Below, in pieces: positions 7,932 to 17,551 of a DNA stretch of 64,000 bases. The stretch comes from an uncultured Bdellovibrionales bacterium. GTDB taxonomy: Bacteria; Patescibacteriota; Minisyncoccia; Moranbacterales; UBA1568. How positions within the stretch are numbered: the first letter of the stretch is position 1; each line of letters begins with the position of its first letter. The notes under the pieces were generated by a model. That model was given only the letters and a program-made list of their open reading frames with translations. It was not told the origin of the DNA and made no database searches. Position numbers and translations under genes: made by a program. The stretch lies in contig CAYWLN010000001.1 of the NCBI GenBank assembly GCA_964459475.1, positions 6,137-70,136 on the forward strand. The letters are read 5' to 3'.

Positions 7932-9304
7932 AGTTTGGATTCAGCTACTACTGGCCGATACATGAGATTCTCAGCGACATAGGGATTGTCTTTCTTCCAA
8001 ATGACGTTGTCAATGAAGTAGTGATGGATATTGAGAAACACCGTAAAGAAAAAGAAATAAAGCGATGTCCCAAACACTGTGGTCGAGTAACTGAGCCACG
8101 CTGGCGCTGTCCCCTGAGCGACCCAAAGATCCAGCCAAATCGGGATACAGGCAAAGAAGAGCGCTCCCAGGAAATAGGCAGAACCAAAAAACGTCGCTAT
8201 CCCCCATTTGCCTCGTGCCTGCCGATGATATAGGAGCGTGAGCATCCCGACAGAGAGACAGAGGAGTATGCCGGTGACCCAGCCTATCACAGTGAATCCC
8301 GATGGAAGCGTCGCGATATAACGATCAAGGGTGAGAGTAGCCGACTCCTCGAGTGACAGACCGATTAACACCGCCGGCAAGAGGAGGAGGAAAGCACCGC
8401 CCCAGAGGTTGTAGCGACTCGCTGTATTCCGCGTCACTGGAGTGTCTCCTTCTTCACGGATGGCCTGATTGCGTCTCGCAGCAAAAACAAAGAGGAGGTA
8501 CTGGAGTGAATGAAACAGTGGGATGATATAAAAAAAATGCGGGTGAGAGAGGGCCGGAATGTACCAGAGGTAGATCGAAACGAGTGCGATTACGGCCGAG
8601 ACTGGCGGGATCACCCGCGAAATGATGTACTTCACGATAAACATAGCAATGAGGAGATTACTCGCGACAAAGAGCACCTGCTCCGAGAGATTGAGCCACA
8701 GAGGCGGGAGCGTCCAAGCGGTATAGGGCACCTGATAGAACATATTGTGCGCTCCCGAAAGATTGGCCGAGAAGAAAGACAGAGCCCACAAGAGGTAGAG
8801 TGGCAAGAGGATTGCTGTACGCTCGAGACGATTATAGTACACTTTTTTTGCGGCTGAAAGTACGACCACACAGCCAAATATCTGCTTGATATAATGCCAA
8901 CCGACAAAAAAGAAGAGAGCATTCACGAGGTAGCCCATGAGCATGATACTCCCCTGCGACTTGGCGTAAAGAAAATACCCGATGAGAAGTACCGGGACAG
9001 CGAGCCCTGCCCACCACATCTTGATCGTAAATCTCCGTCCCGTTCGTAGCGATCCAAACGACTGGCGAGCATCGCCATACATGAGGAGATAGGAAGCAGC
9101 AAAGTGCGGGAAATTGATGAGAAACGCGGCGTAGTAGAGTGCGATGGACCAAGTAAAGATATCGGCACCTTTACTCACTGCCACTTGGAGTACGATATAG
9201 GCGATGATAGATACTCCCCCGACGAGCATGCTATCGAGAAAGGGTGAGACGAGTGACGTCTGACTCGGTGCAAACCAACCTCGAACCATCTTTATTATGC
9301 GCAT
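7928..9304 (-). CDS. Polytopic membrane protein with four His motifs (possible metal-binding enzyme)
   Basis: About 11-12 hydrophobic segments; HFAASY, WHYIKQ, HSLQYL, HHYFID. Confidence 0.75.
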   Translation of the reverse strand: MRIIKMVRGWFAPSQTSLVSPFLDSMLVGGVSIIAYIVLQVAVSKGADIFTWSIALYYAAFLINFPHFAASYLLMYGDARQSFGSLRTGRRFTIKMWWAGLAVPVLLIGYFLYAKSQGSIMLMGYLVNALFFFVGWHYIKQIFGCVVVLSAAKKVYYNRLERTAILLPLYLLWALSFFSANLSGAHNMFYQVPYTAWTLPPLWLNLSEQVLFVASNLLIAMFIVKYIISRVIPPVSAVIALVSIYLWYIPALSHPHFFYIIPLFHSLQYLLFVFAARRNQAIREEGDTPVTRNTASRYNLWGGAFLLLLPAVLIGLSLEESATLTLDRYIATLPSGFTVIGWVTGILLCLSVGMLTLLYHRQARGKWGIATFFGSAYFLGALFFACIPIWLDLWVAQGTAPAWLSYSTTVFGTSLYFFFFTVFLNIHHYFIDNVIWKKDNPYVAENLMYRPVVAESKL

Positions 9305-9352
9305 ACAAGCCTTGTTACATGACCCTATTGTATCACGAAACAGCCTGTGGTA

Positions 9353-9411
9353 TACCACCACACCAACATACCCCAAGCACATCTCCTTGCATTAATGTTG
9401 GTGTGGTGGTA
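9353..9411. repeat. Perfect 17-bp inverted repeat
   Basis: TACCACCACACCAACAT ... ATGTTGGTGTGGTGGTA. Confidence 0.9.
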
Positions 9412-9608
9412 AATTCGAGGCACGGGGCTGGGGGGTTTGAGAGGAGCTGGTAGTCGCTTGACTATCACATTACATGACAACACTCTGTAACCTTTCTCCC
9501 CCTCCCCTTCTCCCTCCCGCAACCGCGGCCACACATGACAAGACCTCTGGTACTCCCACGAGGTCTTAAAACTTTTTTAGACGCTTAGTATTCTATTTCT
9601 GGCACTCT

Positions 9609-9953
9609 CTATTTGTGAAGCTCATGGCCACTAGTCAGCCGGAATGTCATCATCTTGACCATAGTATCTGGCGTCACACGATCGCCGTAGTATCCTCTGT
9701 ATGTTTCGAGTCGCTCTTGATCGGAACCAAAACGTTCGTGACCATCGCTGATTTCATCTTCGCTTGTGATATCACCGAGACGTTTCTCGCGCAACGTGAT
9801 GATTTCTGCCTGAGCAAACTCCTCCCCACCGCCCACAAAACTGACATGGTCACCTGCTTGGAGATTCTTCTCATCAAACATCCGCCAAGTGCTCGTCTTC
9901 TCTCCAGACAACACCAAAGGAACCAGATTTGGAGCAAATTTCAGGGTTTTCAT
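9609..9953 (-). CDS. ASCH domain protein
   Basis: LKF...VLSGEKTSTWR (GxKxxTxR motif); start MKTLKF. Confidence 0.85.
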   Translation of the reverse strand: MKTLKFAPNLVPLVLSGEKTSTWRMFDEKNLQAGDHVSFVGGGEEFAQAEIITLREKRLGDITSEDEISDGHERFGSDQERLETYRGYYGDRVTPDTMVKMMTFRLTSGHELHK

Positions 9954-10010
9954 ACTACTTCCCGTGACACCCGCCCACATCCGTCCCGGAAGTGTGTCGG
10001 GCAAGCTTCT

Positions 10011-12713
10011 TTACTTTTTATGCTCTGGAGAGTTGATCATCCCGCAACGCTTGAACTTCAAACCGGAACCGCAAGGACAAGGGTCATTACGACCGGTGAC
10101 TTCTTGGTTCACTATTGGGGCTTGTTTCGAGGCCTCTCCAGACTGCGTACTCCCTCCGCCAGCTACCGCTTCACCCTTGAGCGTCGCGAACGATTCTATG
10201 TTTTCACTGGCACCGCGGAACTGCATCTCGCGGGGCTTTTCTTCCGTGAAAGGGTCTGTCCGTTGTTCTATCTTCATGATGGTCATGAGATAGGTCTTGC
10301 GCACGGTATCCATGAGACCGAGGAAGAGGTCAAAGGCCTCACGCTTGTATTCGATGAGCGGATCACGCTGACCATAACCCCGGAGTCCGATACCTTGACG
10401 CAGGTAGTCGATTTCATCGAGATGATTCATCCACAAGGTATCGAGTGAGCGGAGGTAGAGCGACTTCTGGATGGCGTTCCAGGTCTCCTTGCCGATCATG
10501 GTTTCCTTGGCCCGATAGATGACCTTGCCTTCACCGAGGAGATACTCGAGGATGAGACCTCGTTTCTCTATCTCGTCCTTGGAGCGATCGTCTCGGATAG
10601 ATTCCAGCTTTTTGAGAGCACTTTCCTCATCGAGGGCCGAGAACATGGCATTCCCTTCGTTCACGATCTCCTGCATATTCCACTCCCCCTCTTCGACTGA
10701 AGTGTGAAACGAGATGACATGGTCGAGTTCTTCCGAGAGGAGGCGCAGGGTCTCTTGTTCGAATTCGGTCATCTCGAGAATTGTACGACGCTTGCGGTAC
10801 ACTACCTCACGCTGTTTATTCATCACGTCATCGTAGTCGAGCACGTGTTTGCGGATATCAAAGTTGAAGCCCTCGATCTTCGACTGGGCACCTTCAATAG
10901 TCTTCGAAATAATGCCATTCTGGATCGGCTCGTTGTCTGGGAGCCCGAGCGTCGTCATCATGCTCTTCATCTTTTCACCACCGAAACGGCGCATGAGTTC
11001 ATCCTCGAGCGAGACAAAGAACTGTGACCTACCCGGATCACCCTGACGTCCGGCCCGACCACGGAGCTGATTGTCGATACGACGCGCCTCATGCCGTTCG
11101 GTACCGATGATGAGGAGTCCGCCCACTTCGCGCACGCCATCACCGAGTTTGATGTCAGTCCCACGGCCAGCCATGTTGGTGGCGATAGTGATAGCGCCTT
11201 TCTGACCGGCGAGAGCAATAATCTGGGCTTCCCGTTCGTGGTTCTTGGCGTTCAAAACCTCATGCGTGATACCCTCGCGTGTGAGCAGTGCCGAGAGATA
11301 CTCAGATTTTTCGATGGCCACGGTACCGATGAGGACCGGCTGGCCAGTCGCGTGCACGCCCTTCACATGCTCCACAATGGCCTGGAACTTGGCTTCTTCA
11401 GTCTTGTAGACAATATCTGGGAGGTCCTGGCGCGTCATGGGACGATTGGTCGGGATCTCGAGGACATCGAGCTTGTACACCTTGGCCAATTCCTCGGCCG
11501 AGGTCGAGGCGGTACCCGTCATACCAGCCAGTTTATCGTAGAGTCGGAAATAGTTCTGAAAGGTGATAGTAGCGAGGGTCTTCGACTCCCTTTGGACGGT
11601 CACGCCTTCCTTGGCTTCGATCGCCTGGTGGAGTCCCTCGCTGTAGCGCCGACCGGGCATGAGGCGCCCCGTAAAGTCATCGACGATGATAACCTGATCG
11701 TCCTTCACCACGTAGTCACGATCGAGCTTGAAGATGATATTGGCCTTGAGTGACTGCTCGAGGTGATGAACATACTGGACATTGCCGGATGCGTAGATAT
11801 TCTCCATACCGAGGAGGCGCTCCACCACGTTCATACCCTCGTCGGTAAGGGTCACGGCTTTCATCTTTTCATCAACCGCGTAGTCGGTCCCAGCCTTGAG
11901 ATTGGGCACAATCTTGGCAAAGCGCTCGTAGAGCTTGGTCGACTCACTGTCCGGAGCAGAGATGATGAGTGGTGTCCGCGCCTCATCAATGAGAATCGAG
12001 TCTACTTCGTCGACGATGGCAAAATGGAGTGGTCGCTGGGTCATCTCCTCGAGGGTAGACACCATATTGTCACGGAGATAGTCGAATCCAAACTCGTTGT
12101 TGGTCCCGTAGGTGATATCGGCCGCGTAAGCCTCTTTGCGCGTGATAATGAGAAGATTCTCCACCTGCCTGCCGGTAGGCAAGGTCTCGACGCTTACCTC
12201 ATCGGTGTCCTTGATCTTGGATACGTACTGGTACGATATGCCCTGCCCGACGATACAGGCGGTCGTGAGTCCAAGAGCTTCATACACTTTGCCCATCCAG
12301 TTACAGTCACGTTTGGCCAGGTAGTCATTGACCGTCACGACATGGACCCCCTTGCCAGTGAGCGCATTGAGGTAAATAGGGAGAGTCGAAGTAAGAGTCT
12401 TTCCTTCTCCAGTCTTCATCTCGGCAATCTTGCCCTGATGCAGTGCGATGCCACCGAGCATCTGGACATCGTAGTGACGTTCACCGATCACCCGCTTGGC
12501 CACTTCCCGGACCACGGCATAGGCCTCGGGCAAAATATCATCAAGCGTCGCCCCCTTGGCGAGGCGCTCTTTGAATTCAGTTGTCTTCCCCCGGAGCGCT
12601 TCATCGGAGAGAGAGGTCAGGGTCGCGTCAAAGGTATTGATGGTCGCCACCATCGGCCGGAGACGGTTCACCTCACGTTCGTTTGAACCAAAGAGTTTTT
12701 CGAGGAATGACAT
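10011..12713 (-). CDS. secA: Preprotein translocase ATPase SecA
   Basis: MKTGEGKT, DEVDSILIDEARTPLIIS, QLRGRAGRQGDPG, C-terminal SEC-C GRNDPCPCGSG. Confidence 0.99.
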   Translation of the reverse strand: MSFLEKLFGSNEREVNRLRPMVATINTFDATLTSLSDEALRGKTTEFKERLAKGATLDDILPEAYAVVREVAKRVIGERHYDVQMLGGIALHQGKIAEMKTGEGKTLTSTLPIYLNALTGKGVHVVTVNDYLAKRDCNWMGKVYEALGLTTACIVGQGISYQYVSKIKDTDEVSVETLPTGRQVENLLIITRKEAYAADITYGTNNEFGFDYLRDNMVSTLEEMTQRPLHFAIVDEVDSILIDEARTPLIISAPDSESTKLYERFAKIVPNLKAGTDYAVDEKMKAVTLTDEGMNVVERLLGMENIYASGNVQYVHHLEQSLKANIIFKLDRDYVVKDDQVIIVDDFTGRLMPGRRYSEGLHQAIEAKEGVTVQRESKTLATITFQNYFRLYDKLAGMTGTASTSAEELAKVYKLDVLEIPTNRPMTRQDLPDIVYKTEEAKFQAIVEHVKGVHATGQPVLIGTVAIEKSEYLSALLTREGITHEVLNAKNHEREAQIIALAGQKGAITIATNMAGRGTDIKLGDGVREVGGLLIIGTERHEARRIDNQLRGRAGRQGDPGRSQFFVSLEDELMRRFGGEKMKSMMTTLGLPDNEPIQNGIISKTIEGAQSKIEGFNFDIRKHVLDYDDVMNKQREVVYRKRRTILEMTEFEQETLRLLSEELDHVISFHTSVEEGEWNMQEIVNEGNAMFSALDEESALKKLESIRDDRSKDEIEKRGLILEYLLGEGKVIYRAKETMIGKETWNAIQKSLYLRSLDTLWMNHLDEIDYLRQGIGLRGYGQRDPLIEYKREAFDLFLGLMDTVRKTYLMTIMKIEQRTDPFTEEKPREMQFRGASENIESFATLKGEAVAGGGSTQSGEASKQAPIVNQEVTGRNDPCPCGSGLKFKRCGMINSPEHKK

Positions 12714-12789
12714 AGCTGGGACAGCTTTTAGCTAATAGCATTGAGCTTTTAGTTGCAAGCAGTGATTATAAATCAATAAGAACCCTTCT

Positions 12790-12818
12790 ATTCTAGCAAG
12801 GATAGAGTGGTCAGTCAA
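12790..12818 (-). promoter_or_regulatory. Sigma70 promoter of secA
   Basis: TTGACT-N17-TAGAAT. Confidence 0.65.
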
Positions 12819-12873
12819 AAGAAAAATCCCGTTCTTAAAACGAGACATTTCCCTTATCTAAGCCACTAATTTA

Positions 12874-13224
12874 CTAAAATCGAGCGGATTCGTCGACGGT
12901 CAGTTTCTTCTTGATGGAACGACTGCCGCGAAGTTTCAGATCACGATTGCGGTTCTTTTTCTTGTCAATCTGGGCCTCGAGCTCGTCAATCACGACATCG
13001 GTTGACCCTTCAATACTCACTGTTGTTTCTTCAGCCCGATAGAGGTTGTGCGGGGTCTTGACCATGATTTCTACTCGAAACTTGCCTTTCTTGTCCTGAT
13101 CAATCTCAATCGAAAAGTCACTCACTGGATCAACGAGTTTCTCGATACGCGCCAAGCGCTTCTCGATATAGTCTCTCGTCCGGTCATCGATCTCCACTCC
13201 TTTGAATAAAAAGCGCGTATTCAT
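12874..13224 (-). CDS. hpf: Ribosome hibernation factor HPF/RaiA
   Basis: YIEKRLARIEK...YRAEE...IDELEAQI; adjacent to secA as is typical. Confidence 0.88.
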   Translation of the reverse strand: MNTRFLFKGVEIDDRTRDYIEKRLARIEKLVDPVSDFSIEIDQDKKGKFRVEIMVKTPHNLYRAEETTVSIEGSTDVVIDELEAQIDKKKNRNRDLKLRGSRSIKKKLTVDESARF

Positions 13225-13225
13225 A

Positions 13226-13350
13226 CCCCGTGGTACTACTTCGACAATTTATCTCACATAAATTGAAGCGGTAGCATAGTATACAGATTAGCCAACGATT
13301 CCACTCATAATATTAGATTTCAAATGCCTCGTCGAAGTTGTCCCACCGGG
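13226..13350. repeat. Small palindromic (MITE/REP-like) element in the hpf leader
   Basis: 20-bp imperfect arms CCCCGTGGTACTACTTCGAC / GTCGAAGTTGTCCCACCGGG (17 of 20 match); related copies at 44457-44579. Confidence 0.75.
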
Positions 13351-13372
13351 CAGGCTCGTTTCATGAAAGAAA

Positions 13373-13576
13373 TTAGAGTCCGTAAGCAGTCGAGAGCGTG
13401 CTCAAGAAAAACGGGACCGCAAAAACGAGTCCGATAAGAGGGAGTACAAACGCGACGAGTGTCGCAATCATCGTCCATAAGAAGTACTTGCGCGTCTTCT
13501 CAACAGACTGATAGATCTGCTCGAGCCGTTCATCCTGCGCCTCCAGTTTTTTCTTGAGTTCTGGGTCCATACCCAT
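13373..13576 (-). CDS. Small membrane protein
   Basis: Coiled N-terminus, SVEKTRKYFLWT, then a long hydrophobic segment. Confidence 0.75.
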   Translation of the reverse strand: MGMDPELKKKLEAQDERLEQIYQSVEKTRKYFLWTMIATLVAFVLPLIGLVFAVPFFLSTLSTAYGL

Positions 13577-13638
13577 AGTATAGCACTCCTTGAGAAAGAA
13601 AAAAGGCGCTTCCCCTAGCAAGGGAAGTCGCCTGTTGT

Positions 13639-13917
13639 TTACCCATCGGATTGGTGGTCCCGATCCTCAAAGGCGCCTACTTGTCTCGGCTGAACCCGAA
13701 AGGCATTGATACCGAAATATTCATCCGGCGTTTGCATGTCCGTTCCAGCTTCCGATGGAAGGCGTGCTTCCAAATCGTGAGTGGCACAATACTCTCCACA
13801 GTAGGACCCATGAGACCAGGTCGATGTCACCTGAAAAACTTGGCCGCACCGTGTTTCAATTCGGTTGTTTCCTATCACCTGCACCGAAAGCAGGCAAGTG
13901 CAGGTCAACTGCGTCAT
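13639..13917 (-). CDS. Hypothetical Cys-containing small protein
   Basis: 92-aa ORF with GAGG upstream and its own terminator-like hairpin (13600-13633); no family recognised. Confidence 0.45.
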   Translation of the reverse strand: MTQLTCTCLLSVQVIGNNRIETRCGQVFQVTSTWSHGSYCGEYCATHDLEARLPSEAGTDMQTPDEYFGINAFRVQPRQVGAFEDRDHQSDG

Positions 13918-13985
13918 GCTCTACCTCGCTTTCCAAAAAAACTACTATGGGTTCATTATACACCTAAAAAAATGGGGGGTAATTT

Positions 13986-14918
13986 CTAAAACCCGACAAA
14001 CTGCACTTCTTCTTGGAGTTTTACACCGAGTTCGTCGCGGACACGGGTCTTGACGAGGCTCGCGAGCATAACGATATCAGCCGCAGTAGCAGTGCCGGTA
14101 TTCAAGAGATAGTTCGGATGCTTTGGACTCACCTGGGCACCTCCGAGCACCTTGCCCCGTAGTCCCACATGATCGATAAGCCAGCCTGCGGGGAGCTTGC
14201 CATCCTTGGAGGCGTTGCCGGTATCCTTTTCAAATTCTTTGAGTAAGTGTTCGTCCTTTACTACTGGATTCATAAAAAATGAGCCAGCACACTTGGCATC
14301 CTGAGGATGCTTGGACTCACGAGTAGCCATGGTTTCTTTGATGATACGCTCGAGGAGTGCCTCATCGCCCCCCTCGTGGAGGGTGAGCTCAGCCGAGAGG
14401 ACCACCAATGACGGATGCTTCTTAAAATGGCTTGTTCGGTAGGAAAATTCACATTCAGCCTGGATGTACTCATGTACCATGCCCGTCTTCTGATCCAGTG
14501 CCTTGACTGAAGTCACGTACTGCCCTATTTCTGTCCCAAAGGCCCCGGCATTGCCTCGCACTGCCCCGCCAAATGACCCGGGGATACCGGCGAGTTTCTC
14601 GATCCCCGAGAGTCCCGCGTCCTTGGCTGACCAGACGACGTTCATAAGAGGGACACCAGCTCCCACCATGATTTTTGCTCCCTTCACCTTGATACCCCCA
14701 GGGACAATCCTGACCACAATCCCCGGGAAGCCTTTGTCTGCAAAAAGAATATTACTCCCCCCACCAAGAACCCAGAGCGGGAGTTTGTGCTTTTCGGCAT
14801 AGTCAAAAACCTCGGAGAGTTCAATCGCACCCGAAGCCTCGGCGTAGTAACGTGCTTCTCCCCCGACCTTGAAAGTAGTGAGTGGGGCGAGCGACACATG
14901 TTCACGAAGCGCAATCAT
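13986..14918 (-). CDS. murB: UDP-N-acetylenolpyruvoylglucosamine reductase
   Basis: LGGGSNIL, GIPGSFGGAVRGNAGAFG, FSYRTS, AGSFFMNP. Confidence 0.97.
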   Translation of the reverse strand: MIALREHVSLAPLTTFKVGGEARYYAEASGAIELSEVFDYAEKHKLPLWVLGGGSNILFADKGFPGIVVRIVPGGIKVKGAKIMVGAGVPLMNVVWSAKDAGLSGIEKLAGIPGSFGGAVRGNAGAFGTEIGQYVTSVKALDQKTGMVHEYIQAECEFSYRTSHFKKHPSLVVLSAELTLHEGGDEALLERIIKETMATRESKHPQDAKCAGSFFMNPVVKDEHLLKEFEKDTGNASKDGKLPAGWLIDHVGLRGKVLGGAQVSPKHPNYLLNTGTATAADIVMLASLVKTRVRDELGVKLQEEVQFVGF

Positions 14919-14930
14919 TTGAAAGGAGAA

Positions 14931-16343
14931 TCAACGTTTAGCGAGCGCATGAGATATCTCCCACACATTGCCCGCACCTACGGTAATAATAACATCATTT
15001 CGGCCCATTGTCTTCTCGAGTTCGGTCGTGAGTGCCATGCTATCAGTTACGTACTCTGCCTTGCCAGGAAAATAACGATTGAGTTCGTTCACCAAGTCAG
15101 CCGACGACACATGACCCGCGACTTCTCGCGCACTGCCATAGATATCAAGGACATACACCCGATCGGCATCATCAAAGCTCTGGGCGAATTCCGAGAGGAG
15201 TGCCTCGGTCCGGGTGAATGAATGTGGATGAAAAATGGCAGTGATTTTTTTATCAGGATAGAGGTCACGGAAAGCTCGGAGCGTCACGCGGAGTTCCTCT
15301 GGATGATGGGCATAGTCATCGTAGAGCATCGCTCCATAGCGCTCACCGATATACTCAAAGCGTCGCTCAGTCCCCGTGAACCGCTCAATGGCCCCAGTCA
15401 CTCGCTCATTCTTGAGGCCCAGGGTCGAGAGGAGTGTCACCACGGCCGTGGCATTCAAGGCATTGTGGACTCCAGCGAGACGAAGTCGATAATTCTCGGT
15501 CTGCCCTGCTATGACCACTGAAAAGCTCTGGCGAAACATGTACTTTTCGGTCACAAATCCCGGTGTGACGGGCGTATAGTCAGTCACCCGGAACTCTGCC
15601 TCCTTATGAGTCCCGTAGGACACTTTGCGACAGTGAGCATGCTCCGCTATCCGGACGACACTGGCTGAATCAGTGCAATAAACAAGGACTCCCTGGGCGG
15701 GAATACGAGCGACAAAATCGATAAATGCCTGCTCGTAGGCCTGTTCGGTCGGGAAAAAATCCGGATGATCGTAGTCGACACTGGTGAGGATGACCGCAAA
15801 AGGCTGGTAGTGAGCCAGTTTGTTCTGGTATTCGTCTGCTTCAAGCACGAGATAGTTCCCGTGGCCCGCGAGTGCGTTACCACCCCAGCTCATAATGCGA
15901 CTGCCGACGATAGCCGAAGGATCCTGACCGAGATAGTCAAGCGTATCTGCGAGGAGCGCACTCGTCGTCGTCTTGCCATGAGTGCCACAGACAGCAAGAG
16001 TGAGTTTTTCACGAGTCAGGAGGCCGAGCGCTTCGGGATAACTCAGTACCGGTCGCTTACTCGCCAGAGCGGCCGCGAGTTCCGTATTTCGCTCGGGCGT
16101 ATAGGCCGTCGAATAGATGATGAGGTCGGCATCATCCGGGATATGCTTGGGGTCAAACCCCTGCGCTACCACTATCCCGAGACGCGTGAGAATCTCATCA
16201 GTAAAAAAGACCTCGTCTGTATCGGATCCCGTGACCGCCATCCCATTCCGAAGGAGGAGCTCAGCCAAGGCCGTCATACCCGCCCCCTTGATACCAATGA
16301 GGTGCGGCTTTTTGTAGCGAAACAAAGAGAGAGTATCGGACAT
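14931..16343 (-). CDS. murC: UDP-N-acetylmuramate--L-alanine ligase
   Basis: IGIKGAGMTALA, GTHGKTTT, EADEY, DDYAHHPEE. Confidence 0.97.
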   Translation of the reverse strand: MSDTLSLFRYKKPHLIGIKGAGMTALAELLLRNGMAVTGSDTDEVFFTDEILTRLGIVVAQGFDPKHIPDDADLIIYSTAYTPERNTELAAALASKRPVLSYPEALGLLTREKLTLAVCGTHGKTTTSALLADTLDYLGQDPSAIVGSRIMSWGGNALAGHGNYLVLEADEYQNKLAHYQPFAVILTSVDYDHPDFFPTEQAYEQAFIDFVARIPAQGVLVYCTDSASVVRIAEHAHCRKVSYGTHKEAEFRVTDYTPVTPGFVTEKYMFRQSFSVVIAGQTENYRLRLAGVHNALNATAVVTLLSTLGLKNERVTGAIERFTGTERRFEYIGERYGAMLYDDYAHHPEELRVTLRAFRDLYPDKKITAIFHPHSFTRTEALLSEFAQSFDDADRVYVLDIYGSAREVAGHVSSADLVNELNRYFPGKAEYVTDSMALTTELEKTMGRNDVIITVGAGNVWEISHALAKR

Positions 16344-16345
16344 AC

Positions 16346-17464
16346 CTAGCGGACAATAATCGAACGGATACCAGTCGCTATCGCCTCGGCAGCATCCGGA
16401 TGATGAAAGGCCGAGAGCTTCTCGCCCATCGACTGACGGAGGTCTGGGTTATTCACGAGCTCGATAATTTTTTGGGTCAAGAGATGCTCACCGAGGTTCG
16501 GCTCTTCGAGGACGATGGCTCCCCCGATAGCAGCGACATCATAAGCATTCATCCGCTGTTCATCATTGGCGGCCCCAAGGAGTGGCACGAGGATAGTAGC
16601 CTTCTTGGTCGCCGCGAGTTCAGCGATAGAGCCAGCGCCTGCCCGCGAAAGGACTACAGTCGCCAAAGCCAGAGCGTCCGCGAGTTCGGGCGCGGTCAAG
16701 AAATCACGCACCACGTAGCCATTGCCTGGTGCAATGCCATTTTCTGTGAGTACCTTTTGGATGGTATCAAAGTTCTGTTTGCCTGACTGATGAATTATCT
16801 GGATACCAGCCTGGAGAAGCTCGAGGAGAATCCGGAGGACAGCTTCATTCAAGACCATTGCCCCCTGGCTGCCGCCTAAGACGAGGAGAGTCGGTTTGTT
16901 GAGAGATAAGCCATAGGTACTTGTCGCACGACTGGCATCACCCGAGAGTATCTCAGCCCTCACTGGGTTCCCCGTGAGTGCGGTCTTGCCCTCAGGGAAA
17001 TACGTACGAGCGCTCGGATAGGCAATAGCGATCCGCGTCGCAAAGCGAGCGAGGAAGCGATTGGCGCGCCCAGCCACTGCGTCTGAATCATGGAGTACAA
17101 CCGGAATCTGGTAGAGCCAGGCGGCGATAACGACGGGGACCGAAGCCGATCCGCCCTTGGCAAAGACGACGTCTGGCATGTAGACAAAAAGTCGCCACAG
17201 GGACTGAATGATGCCAATCGGCACTTTGAAGGGATCGACAAAGTTTTGCCACGAAAAGTAACGGCGCATCTTGCCGGTCATGACATACTGCGCAGGGATA
17301 TTTTCAGCGGCCATGGCGTCACTCTCAAACTGGCCACGCGACCCAATAAACAAAAACTCTATCCCTTCGGGAAATTGTGCCCGAAGAGCGCGCGCCACAG
17401 CAATAAGTGGAAAGGTGTGTCCGCCAGAAACACCGCCAGAGAGGACCACGCGAGGAATAGCCAT
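16346..17464 (-). CDS. murG: MurG glycosyltransferase
   Basis: GGVSGGHTFP, TGNPVR, GGSQGA, SRAGAGSIAE. Confidence 0.97.
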   Translation of the reverse strand: MAIPRVVLSGGVSGGHTFPLIAVARALRAQFPEGIEFLFIGSRGQFESDAMAAENIPAQYVMTGKMRRYFSWQNFVDPFKVPIGIIQSLWRLFVYMPDVVFAKGGSASVPVVIAAWLYQIPVVLHDSDAVAGRANRFLARFATRIAIAYPSARTYFPEGKTALTGNPVRAEILSGDASRATSTYGLSLNKPTLLVLGGSQGAMVLNEAVLRILLELLQAGIQIIHQSGKQNFDTIQKVLTENGIAPGNGYVVRDFLTAPELADALALATVVLSRAGAGSIAELAATKKATILVPLLGAANDEQRMNAYDVAAIGGAIVLEEPNLGEHLLTQKIIELVNNPDLRQSMGEKLSAFHHPDAAEAIATGIRSIIVR

Positions 17465-17551
17465 AGCAAGATAATTTATGATTTTCGATGTATGATTTTG
17501 GAATGGAGAGACGTACCAAAATCACAAAAATCGCGCCCCAAACATACACTT

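Noticed and set aside
9615-12686. Long plus-strand ORFs antisense to secA and ASCH (and similar shadows over the mur, mre and serS genes)
   Set aside because: Antisense shadows of well-supported genes with no protein motifs.
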